Source: Rhina ancylostomus
Lineage: Eukaryota
Length of the DNA stretch: 64,000 bases
Direction of reading: 5' to 3'
Assembly (NCBI GenBank): GCA_030265395.1
Contig: JARFYF010000065.1
Span: forward strand, 6,031,907-6,095,906
In this document: piece after piece, positions 51,371-63,479 of the stretch
Position numbering within the stretch: the stretch's first letter is position 1
Layout: every line of letters starts with the position of its first letter
The notes under the pieces: model-generated
Databases searched by the model: none
The model's input: only the letters and a program-made list of their open reading frames with translations
Told to the model about the DNA's origin: nothing
Position numbers and translations under genes: made by a program

Positions 51371-51589
51371 GTAAACCTTCCCAGCTGTACAAAATTTATT
51401 CACATGTTGGTTTAATCTCAGTCATGGTTAAATCTCACTGTCAGTTGTCCTGTTTTCTGCTTCAGAGTCCTGAAATCTGGAGCTCCCATTGATAGAAGGT
51501 TGCAAAGTATTTGGAAATACTCTTTTAGGTCTTGCTGCAATATTTTTTGTATGTTACTGATGGGAATGACTACTCTTCTGATTGTAAAT

Positions 51590-51946
51590 ATGCAGGGATC
51601 TGTGCTGGGACCTTTGATGTTTGAGATGCATTAAATGACTTGGATGTGAATGTAGGAGGTATAATCAAGTTTGCAGATGACAAGACAAAAATTGGTGGTG
51701 GCCTGGATAGTGAAGAAGATTGAGGCTACAGTATGATATGAAATAAATGGAAAGTTGGGCAGCGCATTGGCAGATGGAATTTGATCCCAACAAATGAGGT
51801 GATGCATTTTAGGATGGGAGGTGGGGATGGGACCTACTTTAAATGCCAGGGCGCTAAGGAATGTTGATGAATAGAGAGACCTTGGGTTTCAATTCCATAG
51901 TTCTCTGGATGTGGCAGCACGGTGGTGAAGAAAGCATATGGCACAC
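51590..51946 (+). mobile_element. CR1 RT remnant running into an N gap
   Basis: 'cagggatctgtgctgggacct' (QGSVLGP), 'aagtttgcagatgac' (KFADD), 'tggcagatggaattt' (WQMEF). Confidence 0.9.
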
Positions 51947-52567
51947 NNNNNNNNNNNNNNNNNNNNNNNNNNNNNNNNNNNNNNNNNNNNNNNNNNNNNN
52001 NNNNNNNNNNNNNNNNNNNNNNNNNNNNNNNNNNNNNNNNNNNNNNNNNNNNNNNNNNNNNNNNNNNNNNNNNNNNNNNNNNNNNNNNNNNNNNNNNNNN
52101 NNNNNNNNNNNNNNNNNNNNNNNNNNNNNNNNNNNNNNNNNNNNNNNNNNNNNNNNNNNNNNNNNNNNNNNNNNNNNNNNNNNNNNNNNNNNNNNNNNNN
52201 NNNNNNNNNNNNNNNNNNNNNNNNNNNNNNNNNNNNNNNNNNNNNNNNNNNNNNNNNNNNNNNNNNNNNNNNNNNNNNNNNNNNNNNNNNNNNNNNNNNN
52301 NNNNNNNNNNNNNNNNNNNNNNNNNNNNNNNNNNNNNNNNNNNNNNNNNNNNNNNNNNNNNNNNNNNNNNNNNNNNNNNNNNNNNNNNNNNNNNNNNNNN
52401 NNNNNNNNNNNNNNNNNNNNNNNNNNNNNNNNNNNNNNNNNNNNNNNNNNNNNNNNNNNNNNNNNNNNNNNNNNNNNNNNNNNNNNNNNNNNNNNNNNNN
52501 NNNNNNNNNNNNNNNNNNNNNNNNNNNNNNNNNNNNNNNNNNNNNNNNNNNNNNNNNNNNNNNNNNN
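51947..52567. other. Assembly gap next to exon 10 (other gaps: 14445-14454, 18044-18310, 24873-25391, 27704-27706, 34414-34464, 58889-58911, 60994-61093)
   Basis: Runs of N. Confidence 1.
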
Positions 52568-52569
52568 AG

Positions 52570-52856
52570 GAATATGAAGAACAATAAACCTGGACCCACG
52601 TACGACTCCGAAGAGGAAGATAAATGCAAGCCGATGACCTATGAAGAAAAGAGACAGCTGAGTTTGGACATAAACAAACTTCCTGGTGATAAATTGGGGA
52701 GAGTAGTTCACATCATTCAGTCCCGTGAACCCTCACTGAGAAACTCAAACCCTGATGAGATTGAAATAGACTTTGAAACATTAAAACCCTCCACATTGCG
52801 AGAGCTAGAACGATATGTTACATCATGTTTACGGAAAAAAGCGAGAAAACCTCAAG
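52570..52856 (+). CDS. brd4: BRD4 exon 10: ET domain (5' boundary uncertain, abuts N gap)
   Basis: [95 protein letters not shown]; G|gtgaga at 52857. The ag at 52568-52569 is phase-compatible with exon 9, but the true acceptor may lie in the gap. Confidence 0.93.
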
Positions 52857-54521
52857 GTGAGAGTTTATCCCTTGCATGTGAGAGAGCTAATTAAATTTTT
52901 GGATCAATTTCACACATTTGATTTCTGCGTGCAAATTTACAGAAGCTATTCCTGAAATCAATAATCCTCTTTACTGATATTATTCTCCACTTTCACGTCC
53001 CACGCTATTTCTTATTTGTAGGGTCAATAGGGAGATTTTTTTCCTCTAGGCTTTTCCTAGTATTACCTCTGAAAGCTGGCTGTTGGCGATGTATAAGACT
53101 GACATGGAGTGACTGTTTCTTTCCTGAGCCCTAAGCTGGGTCCTGGGCCACATTACTGGTGTTCTGTGAAATGTCAGCACACTGCATTATTGCCAGAGAC
53201 TAATTTATTGAAAGAATTGTCAATTTTAGAGAACAAAAACAATCACACATACTAAAAGCTGGAAATTTAAAACAACATTTTGGACTTGCATCTGAGAAGA
53301 AAAAAGTTCTTTTTACTCACTGATTGAAATAGTATCACCTCAAGCAAAAAGAGCCTTAAGTGACATCTTGGAATCTAACACAAGGGGTGTAATATTCATT
53401 GGAATGGCCTTCCTTACAATTTCAGTCCCTAGCTCTAACATTTGGAATTCCACAAAAGAAATTTACTTCTGTTGCCTTGCTTGGTGGTGGATAATTTGAA
53501 TCCCATTAGAGTGTTGTCTTGGCAGTTTCCCTTTATTCCATTCCTAATGAGATCACCTTTTATTTACTGTTTAATATGAAGTGTAGGAAATGACACTACA
53601 CTTTTATATTGTAACTTTATAATTCTGCATTCCTTTTTCTTCCCTCAACTTTTGAGGCATCATAGCTTGCTAGAATGACCATTCTTCCCTGATGAGGAGC
53701 CAGTGAGACTTTGCTGATGAGCTGGAGGGTGTTGCAGAAATGCCTTTTTTCTTTTACGATCTTATGATCACATTTTTCTAGCAGTTGGCTTTGATAGTAA
53801 GCAGAAACAGGAATGCAGGGTGATATTTTCCCCTCCCAAGTATCAGCTTGACATTTCAGTGCAAATGCATTTTTGTTAACACTAATATTTCCTCATTTCT
53901 GTTTGGCCAGACTAGTAAATTGTAGCCAAGAATTTGATTAGTGTCATAAAGTTTAAAAAATGTTGACAAGTCAGCATCTGACTTTTTTGATGTTTTGCTT
54001 CCCACACTCATCCCCTTTCTGCTCTCCAGAAACTTAAGTTGAGAGAGAAATTGAAACAACACAGCAAAATCTGGTAAACTAATATTTTGGCTGGTTGTCC
54101 TGAGGCTCGGCACATCATACATGATAGATTAAAGGACTATTTTTTGTTTATTTTTATTATTGTTTATTAAAATGATCAATAATGGTGCAGTATACAAATC
54201 CCTGAAGTTGATGACGATGAAGCCATTTTGTCAAAACTGTAGAATGTGAGAATAATCTGAGTTTAAAAATGAAGCTCTTTAGGTTACTCCCACTCATTTC
54301 TATCTGCCACTTGTGGTTAAATCTGTTCAGGTGTTCATCCTTTTAAGTGGAACAGGAGTTATTGCTTCCCCACCCTTGCCAGGCAGCAAATTCCAGATCC
54401 CCATAATTTTTGGGTGAGGATTTTTGCTCATATCCCCTGGTTTCTTCCTGCTAATTAAAGCCTGTGGCGAGGTCATTATTTTAAGTGAGAGTCAATGGCA
54501 GAGGCAAAGGTGAAATTACTT

Positions 54522-54551
54522 AGAAGAAGAGGAGGAGGAGGAGGAGGAGGA
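54522..54551. repeat. (GAA)n(GAG)n microsatellite
   Basis: agaagaagaggaggaggaggaggaggagga. Confidence 0.9.
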
Positions 54552-56699
54552 ATATATAGATGGTTTCTTGAATAATTGGACTACATAGAGTGATACAGGT
54601 GCAGGAAGAGAATATGCTAGAGTTGGAGCCTCAGAATTAAATACACAAAAATGAAAATGTTAGCATTCGTGATCGTAATCTTGATGGACATTAGAAGATG
54701 GAAAGAAAAGAAACACCAACTCTACTTCAGGCTAAGCCTCAGGCTAGTATGGATTTCATCTCCAGAAATGTAAAATCCATGTAGGAGATAACAGTGACAT
54801 TGATGCCTAAATAAAACAGTTCAGGAACAGCTGATGTAAGTTTTATCTCATAAAGGTAGATAAACATCAACGTTAGGAAAGATACTGGTGTAAGTCTTGT
54901 TAAAATGTATATGAGAGTTTTCATCTTGGTTGAAAGCAAAAGCACTGCAAAGCTTCACATTGAAGTTCTAATTAATTATGCTTCTGAAGTAGACCCCTTA
55001 TGAATTGTGTTAGCAAAATTCACCAGTTTAGTAGTATCATAGTCAACATGCCTGTTGTTTTCCAATAATTCCTTTCAGATTTCACGGGGATAGAAGTTCA
55101 CGTGCAAGGTGAAAAGAGATGATTAGGTGGAAAGGACTTGTACTCAGTGTGGGGCCAGTTAATTAACTTTTCTTGTTAGATAAAAGAGCTAATGGTCCTT
55201 TATTCATTTGGGAATCTAGAAAAACCTCATGAATTTAAAAGTTTGGTGACATGTATCAATTACCAGGAATCGAGATGGAATTTGTGTTTTGCAGATAAAA
55301 TTTGACACCAACCAGTTTCCATGGACCTCTCAGTTGCAACCTGTTCTGTGGTTGAGTTACTTTTATGAAGTTATGGTGTGTTTGGCTTCTGAGATCATGA
55401 GTTTTGTTGCAGTATTTTTCTGGTGTCTTAAGCTCCATATGTTTCATAAATGGAAAAAAATTATGGCTGACACAAGTGAGTTGGAAACTTCCTCTTTGAT
55501 GCAGGAAGTAGTTCTGCAGGAAGATGTAATTTGCAGAGCTAAAGGGAGCATCGGTCACTTTTTGTACTATAGAATGTGTTCTATATAGAATATGCAGTGA
55601 ACCTCAAATTCTGGAAAAGGTTTGAATACAGGCTGAGGTTTTTGGCCCAAAATTATGTTTGAAGCCTGTTAACTTCACTGAAGTGAGTAATAAAATCTAT
55701 CAACTTTGAAGCCAATTTCAGTCTTGCAAACCACATTTCATTTTGTTTTTATTTTTGATTACTTTTGAAATATTCTGGGCATACTTTACAGTTTAAACTA
55801 CCGTTCCCCTCTTTTATTTGGTGCTTGTCAAATGGATCCTCTTTGTGCAGAAAAATGGGCCTCATGTTTGTGTTAGGAACCCAGGGGCAAAACCAAACTA
55901 TCCTAACTCGCAGCATATCCAAAAGTGCAGACAAACAATGTTCCCTAACTCTGAATGCACAGGGAACCCACGGGGCGATCCAAGTGCTCTTGGGCCCCTA
56001 GTAAGTTATCCACGCATTCATTAAGATTATTAATGCTGTACTTGGGTTTTTGGCCTTTAAGGAGTTGACATAGTACAAATTCATTTTGCCTCATGATCTT
56101 GTAATGCAATCGCACAAAATAAATTGAACCCAGGTATAATTTTCTCTGCTTGTCCCTTCTGACCAAAGTGATTAACAAATACATGACCTTGGACCTTTTT
56201 TATTTGAAGATTGTCACTGGTGATGCTTATATGCCATGATATAATGATCCTCACTATTGTGGGGACAGGTGCTGTTACAAGTTTACCCATGCTGTCAGCA
56301 TTGTTACTGTAACATTAACTGATTGAAACCACAAAAAAAAAGCCTTTTAATGCAGCAAAATGTCCCAAAACACGAGAGCAACGTTGGTATCCTTTTGATG
56401 GTGACACAGGCTATATCAATGACAGTGATTGAAATTTGGTGTTTGGAGTAGATTTGCGGGACAGTTTTATGAGGAGAATTATAGAGCATGTTGGCAAGGT
56501 AACCAGTGATGAGGTGATTAGAGTAGAGGGTGTGCAAGAGGCCAGAAATGGGGGGACAGGGGGTCTTGAGATCTTGTTGAGCCGAGGGGGTGGAGATTGA
56601 ACCTCAACATTGAGGACTTTAAAATGAGGTATTTGTTGCCAGGACCTGTATAGTTCAGAGCATATGTTATGTATGATTTAAAACTCATAGCAGTGAGTT

Positions 56700-57090
56700 C
56701 AGTTGTGCTTCTGCCAGGGGAAAATAGGAAAGAAGTATATTATGAGAGACTTCCGAGATGCAGAGGCATCTGGGTGAACTAGTGCACGATTTGCAAAAAG
56801 CTAGAATGCATACACCCGAAATAATGGAGAAAGCCATCACTGTCAGTGCTAGGGAGATCAGTTACAGAGGACATTGGTTAGACCACATCTGGAATACTAT
56901 ATGGCATTAATCTCCTCTGAAAAGAAAGGATGTTAATATTATTGGAGGCAGTTCAGAGGATTTCAGGACAAATAACTAAAATGAGGTTGGATAGGCTTTG
57001 CTTGTATGTGGCAGAGCTTAAGAGTGAGAGGAAAGTTGATTGAAACCTAAGATCCTGAGGCGTCTTGACGGGATGGGAGAAAGTGTTTTT
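56700..57090 (+). mobile_element. CR1 ORF2 3' remnant
   Basis: 'cattggttagaccacatctggaatac' (LVRPHLEY); collinear with 11420-11830. Confidence 0.7.
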
Positions 57091-59184
57091 CACATAATAG
57101 ATCGAAATACTGTGTTTCTGAGAGAAAACATTTCACAAAACTAACCCTTACTCAATTCAGGTGCAGTTGAACTGACTTTAGTCGAGTCTTAGCCAGAAAC
57201 CACAGTGTGATGCTCCAGGTAAGCCATGACAGATGTACATCCCCAATGAATTAAATGTATGTGGGAACAGGCAACCCTAATCCTAAATACAAAGAAAGAC
57301 ATTTGACGTTCCTGTATTAGTGTGCTTATCATGGCTTTGCTCATTGGATCGGGCAGAATTGGTACATTACCACTATCCTTAAAATTAGCTCCAAACCTTT
57401 AGGATTGTGGAATTAAGAATGCTTAATTTAAACAAAATCACAAAATATTTTCTTCCACCTCCTGGTTTTTAAAAAAAGTTCCTTTACCAATACCTACTGT
57501 GCTAAACTGCAGTTTGAATAACAGGTAGTAGAACTCTAGGAAATTTTTCTACATCATCAGTCCTTGAAAACTTGCTGGCTCTTTTTTTTGGACAGTTTCA
57601 TTTTCTGTATTCCAAATGCCAGGAGCATTCCATTGAACATTAAAATGTCCTGTCCATTAAAATGCTTTTGGAATGTAGAGCAACTTCAACCAGTTGCTTT
57701 GTAATTTGGTGCTTCCTGTACCAATGATTTGACCTTGAGGTTGTGACGGATATCTGAATTTGCATGTTCTTGGTAGCTAACATCTGTATGCATATATGAG
57801 GTCTAGATTTGTTCCAGATCCCAGGTTACAGCATTTTCTCCCTAATTAGTTCATGAACAGTTAAGACAGAATATGTTCTTCTGCTCACACATCTAAGATG
57901 TGATTGTATTCTTATGAAGACCATTGATAATTATATTTGTAAGATTCATGTATGATGCTGGGGAAAAGGACTTGCTGTACTGTAGTCAAATAGAAAATTT
58001 GCCTCAATGCATTTTATTGATAACTTGAGCATTGGTTGCCAGTGAGAGATAACCAATATGTCCATGGATTACAGTAAGGACAGTGAAAAATAGTTAATTT
58101 TGGTGTAGTTATTGTAACATGATGTGATTTTCATTGTGCTCTATGTGAATGGGTTCTTTGGCCCTAATCTGGGTGATATCTACCTTGTTTATTGGAAGAT
58201 ACTGTAATATTCAGTTTTTTTGTGACAATGATTGTCTTTTTACTTTGGATATATCATTTGTTAAATGATCTACACTGTTACAGCATCATTGGACTTGTGA
58301 ATGGGCATGCACAGGTTGGGTATTGACATCTTTGGGGCTGCTTAACTTAGAGGTCAGAACAACAGCTGGTTTTCAGAGGTACACTATTTCCTTTTTAATT
58401 TTGAATCAGATTTGACTTCTCCAGTGAAATAGATTTTGAATTTGGCAAGTGCTGAATTTCAGTAGTGATGTCATGATACAAAAGTTTAAATTTTATTGGG
58501 GGGGCGCTGGGGGAACCATAGGTGGATATTTATGGGGATAACAAAAAAATTATGCTAATTACGCTAACCCTGCTACTGCGGATGCCATAGAGTTCTCTGG
58601 CTGTCATGGCAGCTAGTTTTTGGTTTTGGATCCCTTCAGATGGTTTGACCATTGCTCTTTTGACATGAGTGAAAGTAGTTAAAAATTAAATTGGTCCAAT
58701 TTTTTTTAAATGGGAAATTTTTTTTATCCCTCAATTCTTGAGCCTCGGGCTTTTTGCAATGAATTTCTGAAGTTGACCTCTTTGTAAGCAGTGACCAGGG
58801 ATCATTCCCCTCACTCCCCTTCTCTCTGTCCTGTATTTTTGTGCAGCTCTTTACAGTAGCACAACCTGAGGTTGGAATGTGTTTAGCANNNNNNNNNNNN
58901 NNNNNNNNNNNACTTCAATTTTTTACAATGTGATTTCATGTTTTAAGGCAAAATTATCATGAGCTCACTTCGTGCTTCCAAGCATTTGCTAAAGTCTCTT
59001 TAGATTATTGGCCTTCTAAGTTGCAAACAATGAATAGATCCTTTTTTCCTTTAGCTGCTTTTCCTTCCTTCAATTTGCATCTGATCCCATGTGCCAAATT
59101 AGATTAATTTTATTCACTGTGTTGTACCTGTGTAATGGTACCAAAGAGCTTGGTCCAAATCTTGTTGTGTGATGCTGTTTGCAG

Positions 59185-59304
59185 TGAAAAAAGTCCCAGG
59201 GAAATCGAACGATGAGCTCCAGCTAGACTCGAAGAGTGAGCTGGATACCAGGTTACATGACGTTAGCGGCCAGCTGAGCTCTGGGAAGAAACCAGGCAGA
59301 AAAG
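59185..59304 (+). CDS. brd4: Post-ET exon of BRD2/BRD3 type (putative coiled-coil segment)
   Basis: tgctgtttgcag|TG AAA; (V)[39 protein letters not shown]; G|gttggt; 120 nt, phase 1-1, open and in frame with exon 10; resembles BRD3 [22 protein letters not shown]. Confidence 0.9.
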
Positions 59305-60409
59305 GTTGGTGTAGTGCAACCTTGTGAAGTAGATCCTTAGGTGAAATAGGTCGGGGCCAAGGTTAAAATTAATTTGTGCAACTATGTAATAGCTTTAATT
59401 TTGTTGTGCACATACCTCTCAAACTGCAATGTAATTGGCAGAATTCTGGTTCATGCTTGCGGAAGAGTGCGGCTTTTGGTGGCATTTAGTAAATTGGCTG
59501 ATTTTCATTGGTTGCATTTGGCTGCTATTTCTCCAAGTGTTGCAGCTTTACATTGGGTCACAGTGATTTTTAAAACCATACAGTTGAGAGGTATGGTGGT
59601 AATCTCATCAGTATTTGATTTATTGGATTGAAACAGGGTTTAATTCTGGATATATACTGCAGGTAATGATTCACACTGCAATTGTAGGTAGAGGGTAAGA
59701 TGTAATTTTCTGAAATTTTGCTATGAATAGAGATGTTTACTTTGTCCTGTGTTCTGCCTATAATGAGCAATCAATAATAATGTTGGTTTTTGTAGAAAAT
59801 ATTTCTTGGGAGTCAATGTAGTATCTGAAACTAACAGTTCCTTAATCTTTTCTGCTAATGGAAAATTGCTTGTATACAAATATTTAACTTTAAAACAGGA
59901 AACTGGTGATGCACTCGTTTTTTTTAAAAAATGAGAGCATAGCCTTTAAATGTTCAGACCAGAGCAATGGGATTAACATTGTGTTTTCTCCTGGGTATCT
60001 TCCAATGTTGTACATTGAACCTAAGAACTAATGATTTGCAGATTCGATATTAAAGGGGATATCAAAAGCACCGATTCCAATACACATGGCAGCCATCAAT
60101 TTGATGAAACATACTATTTTCTCTCCCCTCCCTGTTCCAGAAAAAAAAATTGGACAGTGCATTATTTCTCTTTACCAAAACAGTATACATCTATAATGTA
60201 CACACTAGAGGCAGTGCAACTCTTTATTTAACCAATGTTGGGTGCCTTGGACAGTTGAAGCATTTGGCACTTTATGCAGTGCCTTCTTATACTGCAAAAT
60301 GATGCACATTGCAAGTCTGTACTCGTTTATATAACAGTGCCCTAGATTAATTCCTTGGATGAGCAGAATTTGCTCTATTAGTAGAGATTAAGCAGACTTG
60401 ATCTATATA

Positions 60410-60770
60410 TTACTATGAAAGGTGATCTCATTGAAGCACAAAAATTTCTAAAAGGGGTTGACAGGTTGATGCAAGGGTTATGTTTGTGTGGTCACTGTCT
60501 CAAAATAAGGCTCGGCCATTCTGGACTGAAATAAGAACAAATTTCTTCACAAAAGTTGGTAAATCTTTGGAATGGAATTTGTTACCCAAGGGGCTTGAGA
60601 GGCTCAGTTGCTATGAATATTCAAGACAGAAGCCAATAGATGTTGAGGGAAATCAGTGAAGTAGGGTTGGTGCAGGAAAGTGGCACCTGAGTTAAAAGAT
60701 TAGTCATGATCTTATTAATTAGGGAGCAGGCATAAAGGATACAATGGCTTAATCTTATTTCATGTTCTTT
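60410..60770 (+). mobile_element. CR1 3' end
   Basis: 'ggtgatctcattgaa' (GDLIE); 3'UTR matching 33540-33700 and 34100-34320. Confidence 0.7.
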
Positions 60771-61129
60771 GTCGGTGTTTGAAGTCCTTGTGATAAAAGC
60801 TGGATGTTGCCTCCCCTTGATATTGATGTATTTAAACTTGCATTAAATGGTTGAAACATTAGACTTTTCTGGCCTCCACTCCAATCTCCCAAAAGGTTGG
60901 ACATTTCATTCAATGTACGTGGCTAGTAACGAGCTACTGAAAGTCCTGACCTCATTGTTCCCAGTTATCATTGCTATACAGAAACACTCACTTNNNNNNN
61001 NNNNNNNNNNNNNNNNNNNNNNNNNNNNNNNNNNNNNNNNNNNNNNNNNNNNNNNNNNNNNNNNNNNNNNNNNNNNNNNNNNNNNNNNNNNNNCTTGCTT
61101 AGGAGGGTATTTTGATCAGCATGGACCAG

Positions 61130-61300
61130 TTGTATAATTTTTGTACAATTTATGTTTAATTTATGTTTTTCTTATAAATGTTAAGTTTCTAACACTATGT
61201 GCCTGTGATGCTGCTGCAAGTAAGTTTTTCATTGCACCTGTGCATTTATGTACTTGTGCATATGACAATAAACTCGTCTCTGACTTTGGCTTTGACTTTG
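61130..61300 (+). mobile_element. Rex/Babar-like LINE 3'UTR with a (GACTTT)n-like tail
   Basis: 'tgctgctgcaagtaagtttttcattgcacctgt...gacaataaa...gactttggctttgactttg'; reverse copy at 21300-21375. Confidence 0.6.
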
Positions 61301-61391
61301 GTTGGGACAAAGGTTCTGTTTCCATGCTGTGTGACTCTCTGACACATTTTAACATTTCTACTTGGTGCCAATGAAGCAATTGCATTGATGA

Positions 61392-61581
61392 CGATGCAAG
61401 AGAGAGCAGATGCTGGAATCTGGAGCAACACACAATCTGCTGGAAGAACTCTAGTGGGTCAAGCAGCATCTGTGGGAGGGAAGGTCCTGATGCGGGGTTT
61501 CAACCCAAAATATCGACAATTCCTTTCCTCCCACAGATGCTGCTTGCCCCTCTTGAGTTCTTCCAGCAGGTTGTTTGTTGC
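61392..61581. mobile_element. Foldback element, probably Penelope-derived, with TSD
   Basis: About 60-nt inverted arms 61425-61484 / 61522-61581; direct repeat ttgcattgatga at 61380-61391 and 61578-61589; relatives near 2385, 9040, 21180, 23570, 36580, 41295, 47460, 49290, 62455. Confidence 0.7.
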
Positions 61582-62656
61582 ATTGATGAGTTTGGCTGAA
61601 ATATGTATTTTTTTACCTTCTATTACTGCCTTGTTTACTTTCAATGGATTTCTCCAACATCGTTTGTAAAATACTTTGTCATATATTGAGATCACAGTCA
61701 ATAAAATTGTATTGAAGAACAGTTCCCACCATAGTGTGAGAACAGCAATCAACTTGTATCACAAAAACAGTAATGAGCTGGATTACCAAATCATTTGTTG
61801 GTTGGTCAGGGTTGGGCGAGACAACAAGACAACACCCATGTTCTTCTGCAAAGATACTCCATGCCCACCCAAGGAGGTGGGGTGGGGCTTCGGTTTAGAA
61901 TGTCATTCACCTCCAACAGTGCAGAACTCACCTTAAAATTGCACTGTAGTGTTGACCTGGATTATGTCCTCAAGTCTTTGGGTAGATGTTGCAACCTTGT
62001 GTTGCAAAGGCAAGACAGTAGCTACAGAGAGGCAGAACTTAAGCTCCATCAGCATTGCTATTCACTAAAGCATGCACAATTTGGCATTTCCCTCACTTGC
62101 AAGCAGTCTATTTTATCTGCTGGAAATAATAGTTCCCTATCTTGTGGACCAATATAGTTATCTTCACACTTGCAGTAATCTAAAACCTGCAATAATTCCA
62201 TGTACCCAGCATTATTTACAAGCTATTAATCAAACTTTTGAGGGTATCAATTAAATGACTAACTCCAATTTAAGCAATTATTACCATGTAGGGCTCTTAT
62301 TAATTGACCAGATTGGGAACACCCAACTTTAGTTTGAAGGTGGCCTTTTAAAACATGTTGGAAGTAAAGTTGCATAATGGTATAGCAGTGAAGTCAGCAT
62401 TTTGACTGTTAAATGAGCCCAGGTTACTTATCAAAAAGTGAACAAAGACTAAAGTAGCTGGAAATCTGAATAAAATCGAAAATGTTGGAAATACTCAGCA
62501 GGTCGGGTAGCATCGGTTTGGAGAGAATGAGTTAATGTGTCTTCAGAATTAGGAAAAGCTAAAATTCCAACTTGTTTTATGTTGCAGAGAAAGGGAAGGG
62601 GTGGAGTGAACCGGGGAATGTCTGTGACAGGGAGGTCATCAAAGAGACAAAAGATT

Positions 62657-62905
62657 GGGGCGGCACGGTAGCATAGTGGTTAGCACAACGCTATTACAGT
62701 GCCAGTAACCCAGGTTCGATTCCCACCGCTGCCTGTAAGGAGTTTGTACGTTCTCCTGTGTCTGCGTGGGTTTGCTCCGGGTGCTCCGGTTTCCTCCCAC
62801 ATTCCAAAGACGTACAGGTAGGTTAATTTGGGGGTTTAAAGTGGGCGGTGTGGACTAGTTGGGCCGGAAGGGCCTGTTACCACGCTGTAAATAAAATTTT
62901 TAAAA
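62657..62905 (+). mobile_element. Young tRNA-derived V-SINE (HE1-like)
   Basis: A box TAGCATAGTGG 62669-62679; B box GGTTCGATTCC 62713-62723; V-domain 'gtaaggagtttgtacgttctcc...ccgggtgctccggtttcctcccacattccaaagacgtac'; CpGs retained; AT tail. Confidence 0.9.
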
Positions 62906-63479
62906 ATTTAACATTTTAGATGAGAGTGTACAGTTAAAGCCAAATTTGGACATTTTACATAACTTAAGGTACGTGATACAGAATCATTTTTTTGTGTAGA
63001 ATTTGAGATCAGGCAAGTGGTTTCTTAGGAAACTGGCTTATCCAGAAACGTGCACTGTTGTAAAATTAAGTATAATTTGTGGCATTTTGGAATTAAATCA
63101 AGAGCATGAGGTGTTGGATAATTTGGGTTTCACGAGCATGAAGGCCTTGACTCATTTTGCAGCCCTTTTGGGATTGATGAACTTGAGATATTTTTACACA
63201 TTTTAAATGTTTGGATCCAGTGCACAGACAATTGTAGTCTTTTTTTATCATTTACTTCTGTTTACAGGTTTAAACTTTGCTGAATTTTTCTGCTGATGCT
63301 CCTCTTCCCACTAACCATGAGGGCACTGAAATGAATTGTATGTTGACTGCTGACTTAGTTGAAATTGTTTTGGACCAGAAACCTACTCCCCAAAAAAAGC
63401 CACGAGTTATAATTTTAATCGTATAGGTTTTCACTTAAAACTTCAAGATTTCTCGATGCTGTCTGTCAGCTTCCAACTT

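Noticed and set aside
59101-59375. Complementary pair agattaatttta / taaaattaattt flanking the post-ET exon
   Set aside because: AT-only, low complexity and partly self-palindromic; not significant without conservation data.
62657-62730. tRNA gene
   Set aside because: A and B boxes are present, but the sequence continues into a V-SINE body; it is a SINE head.
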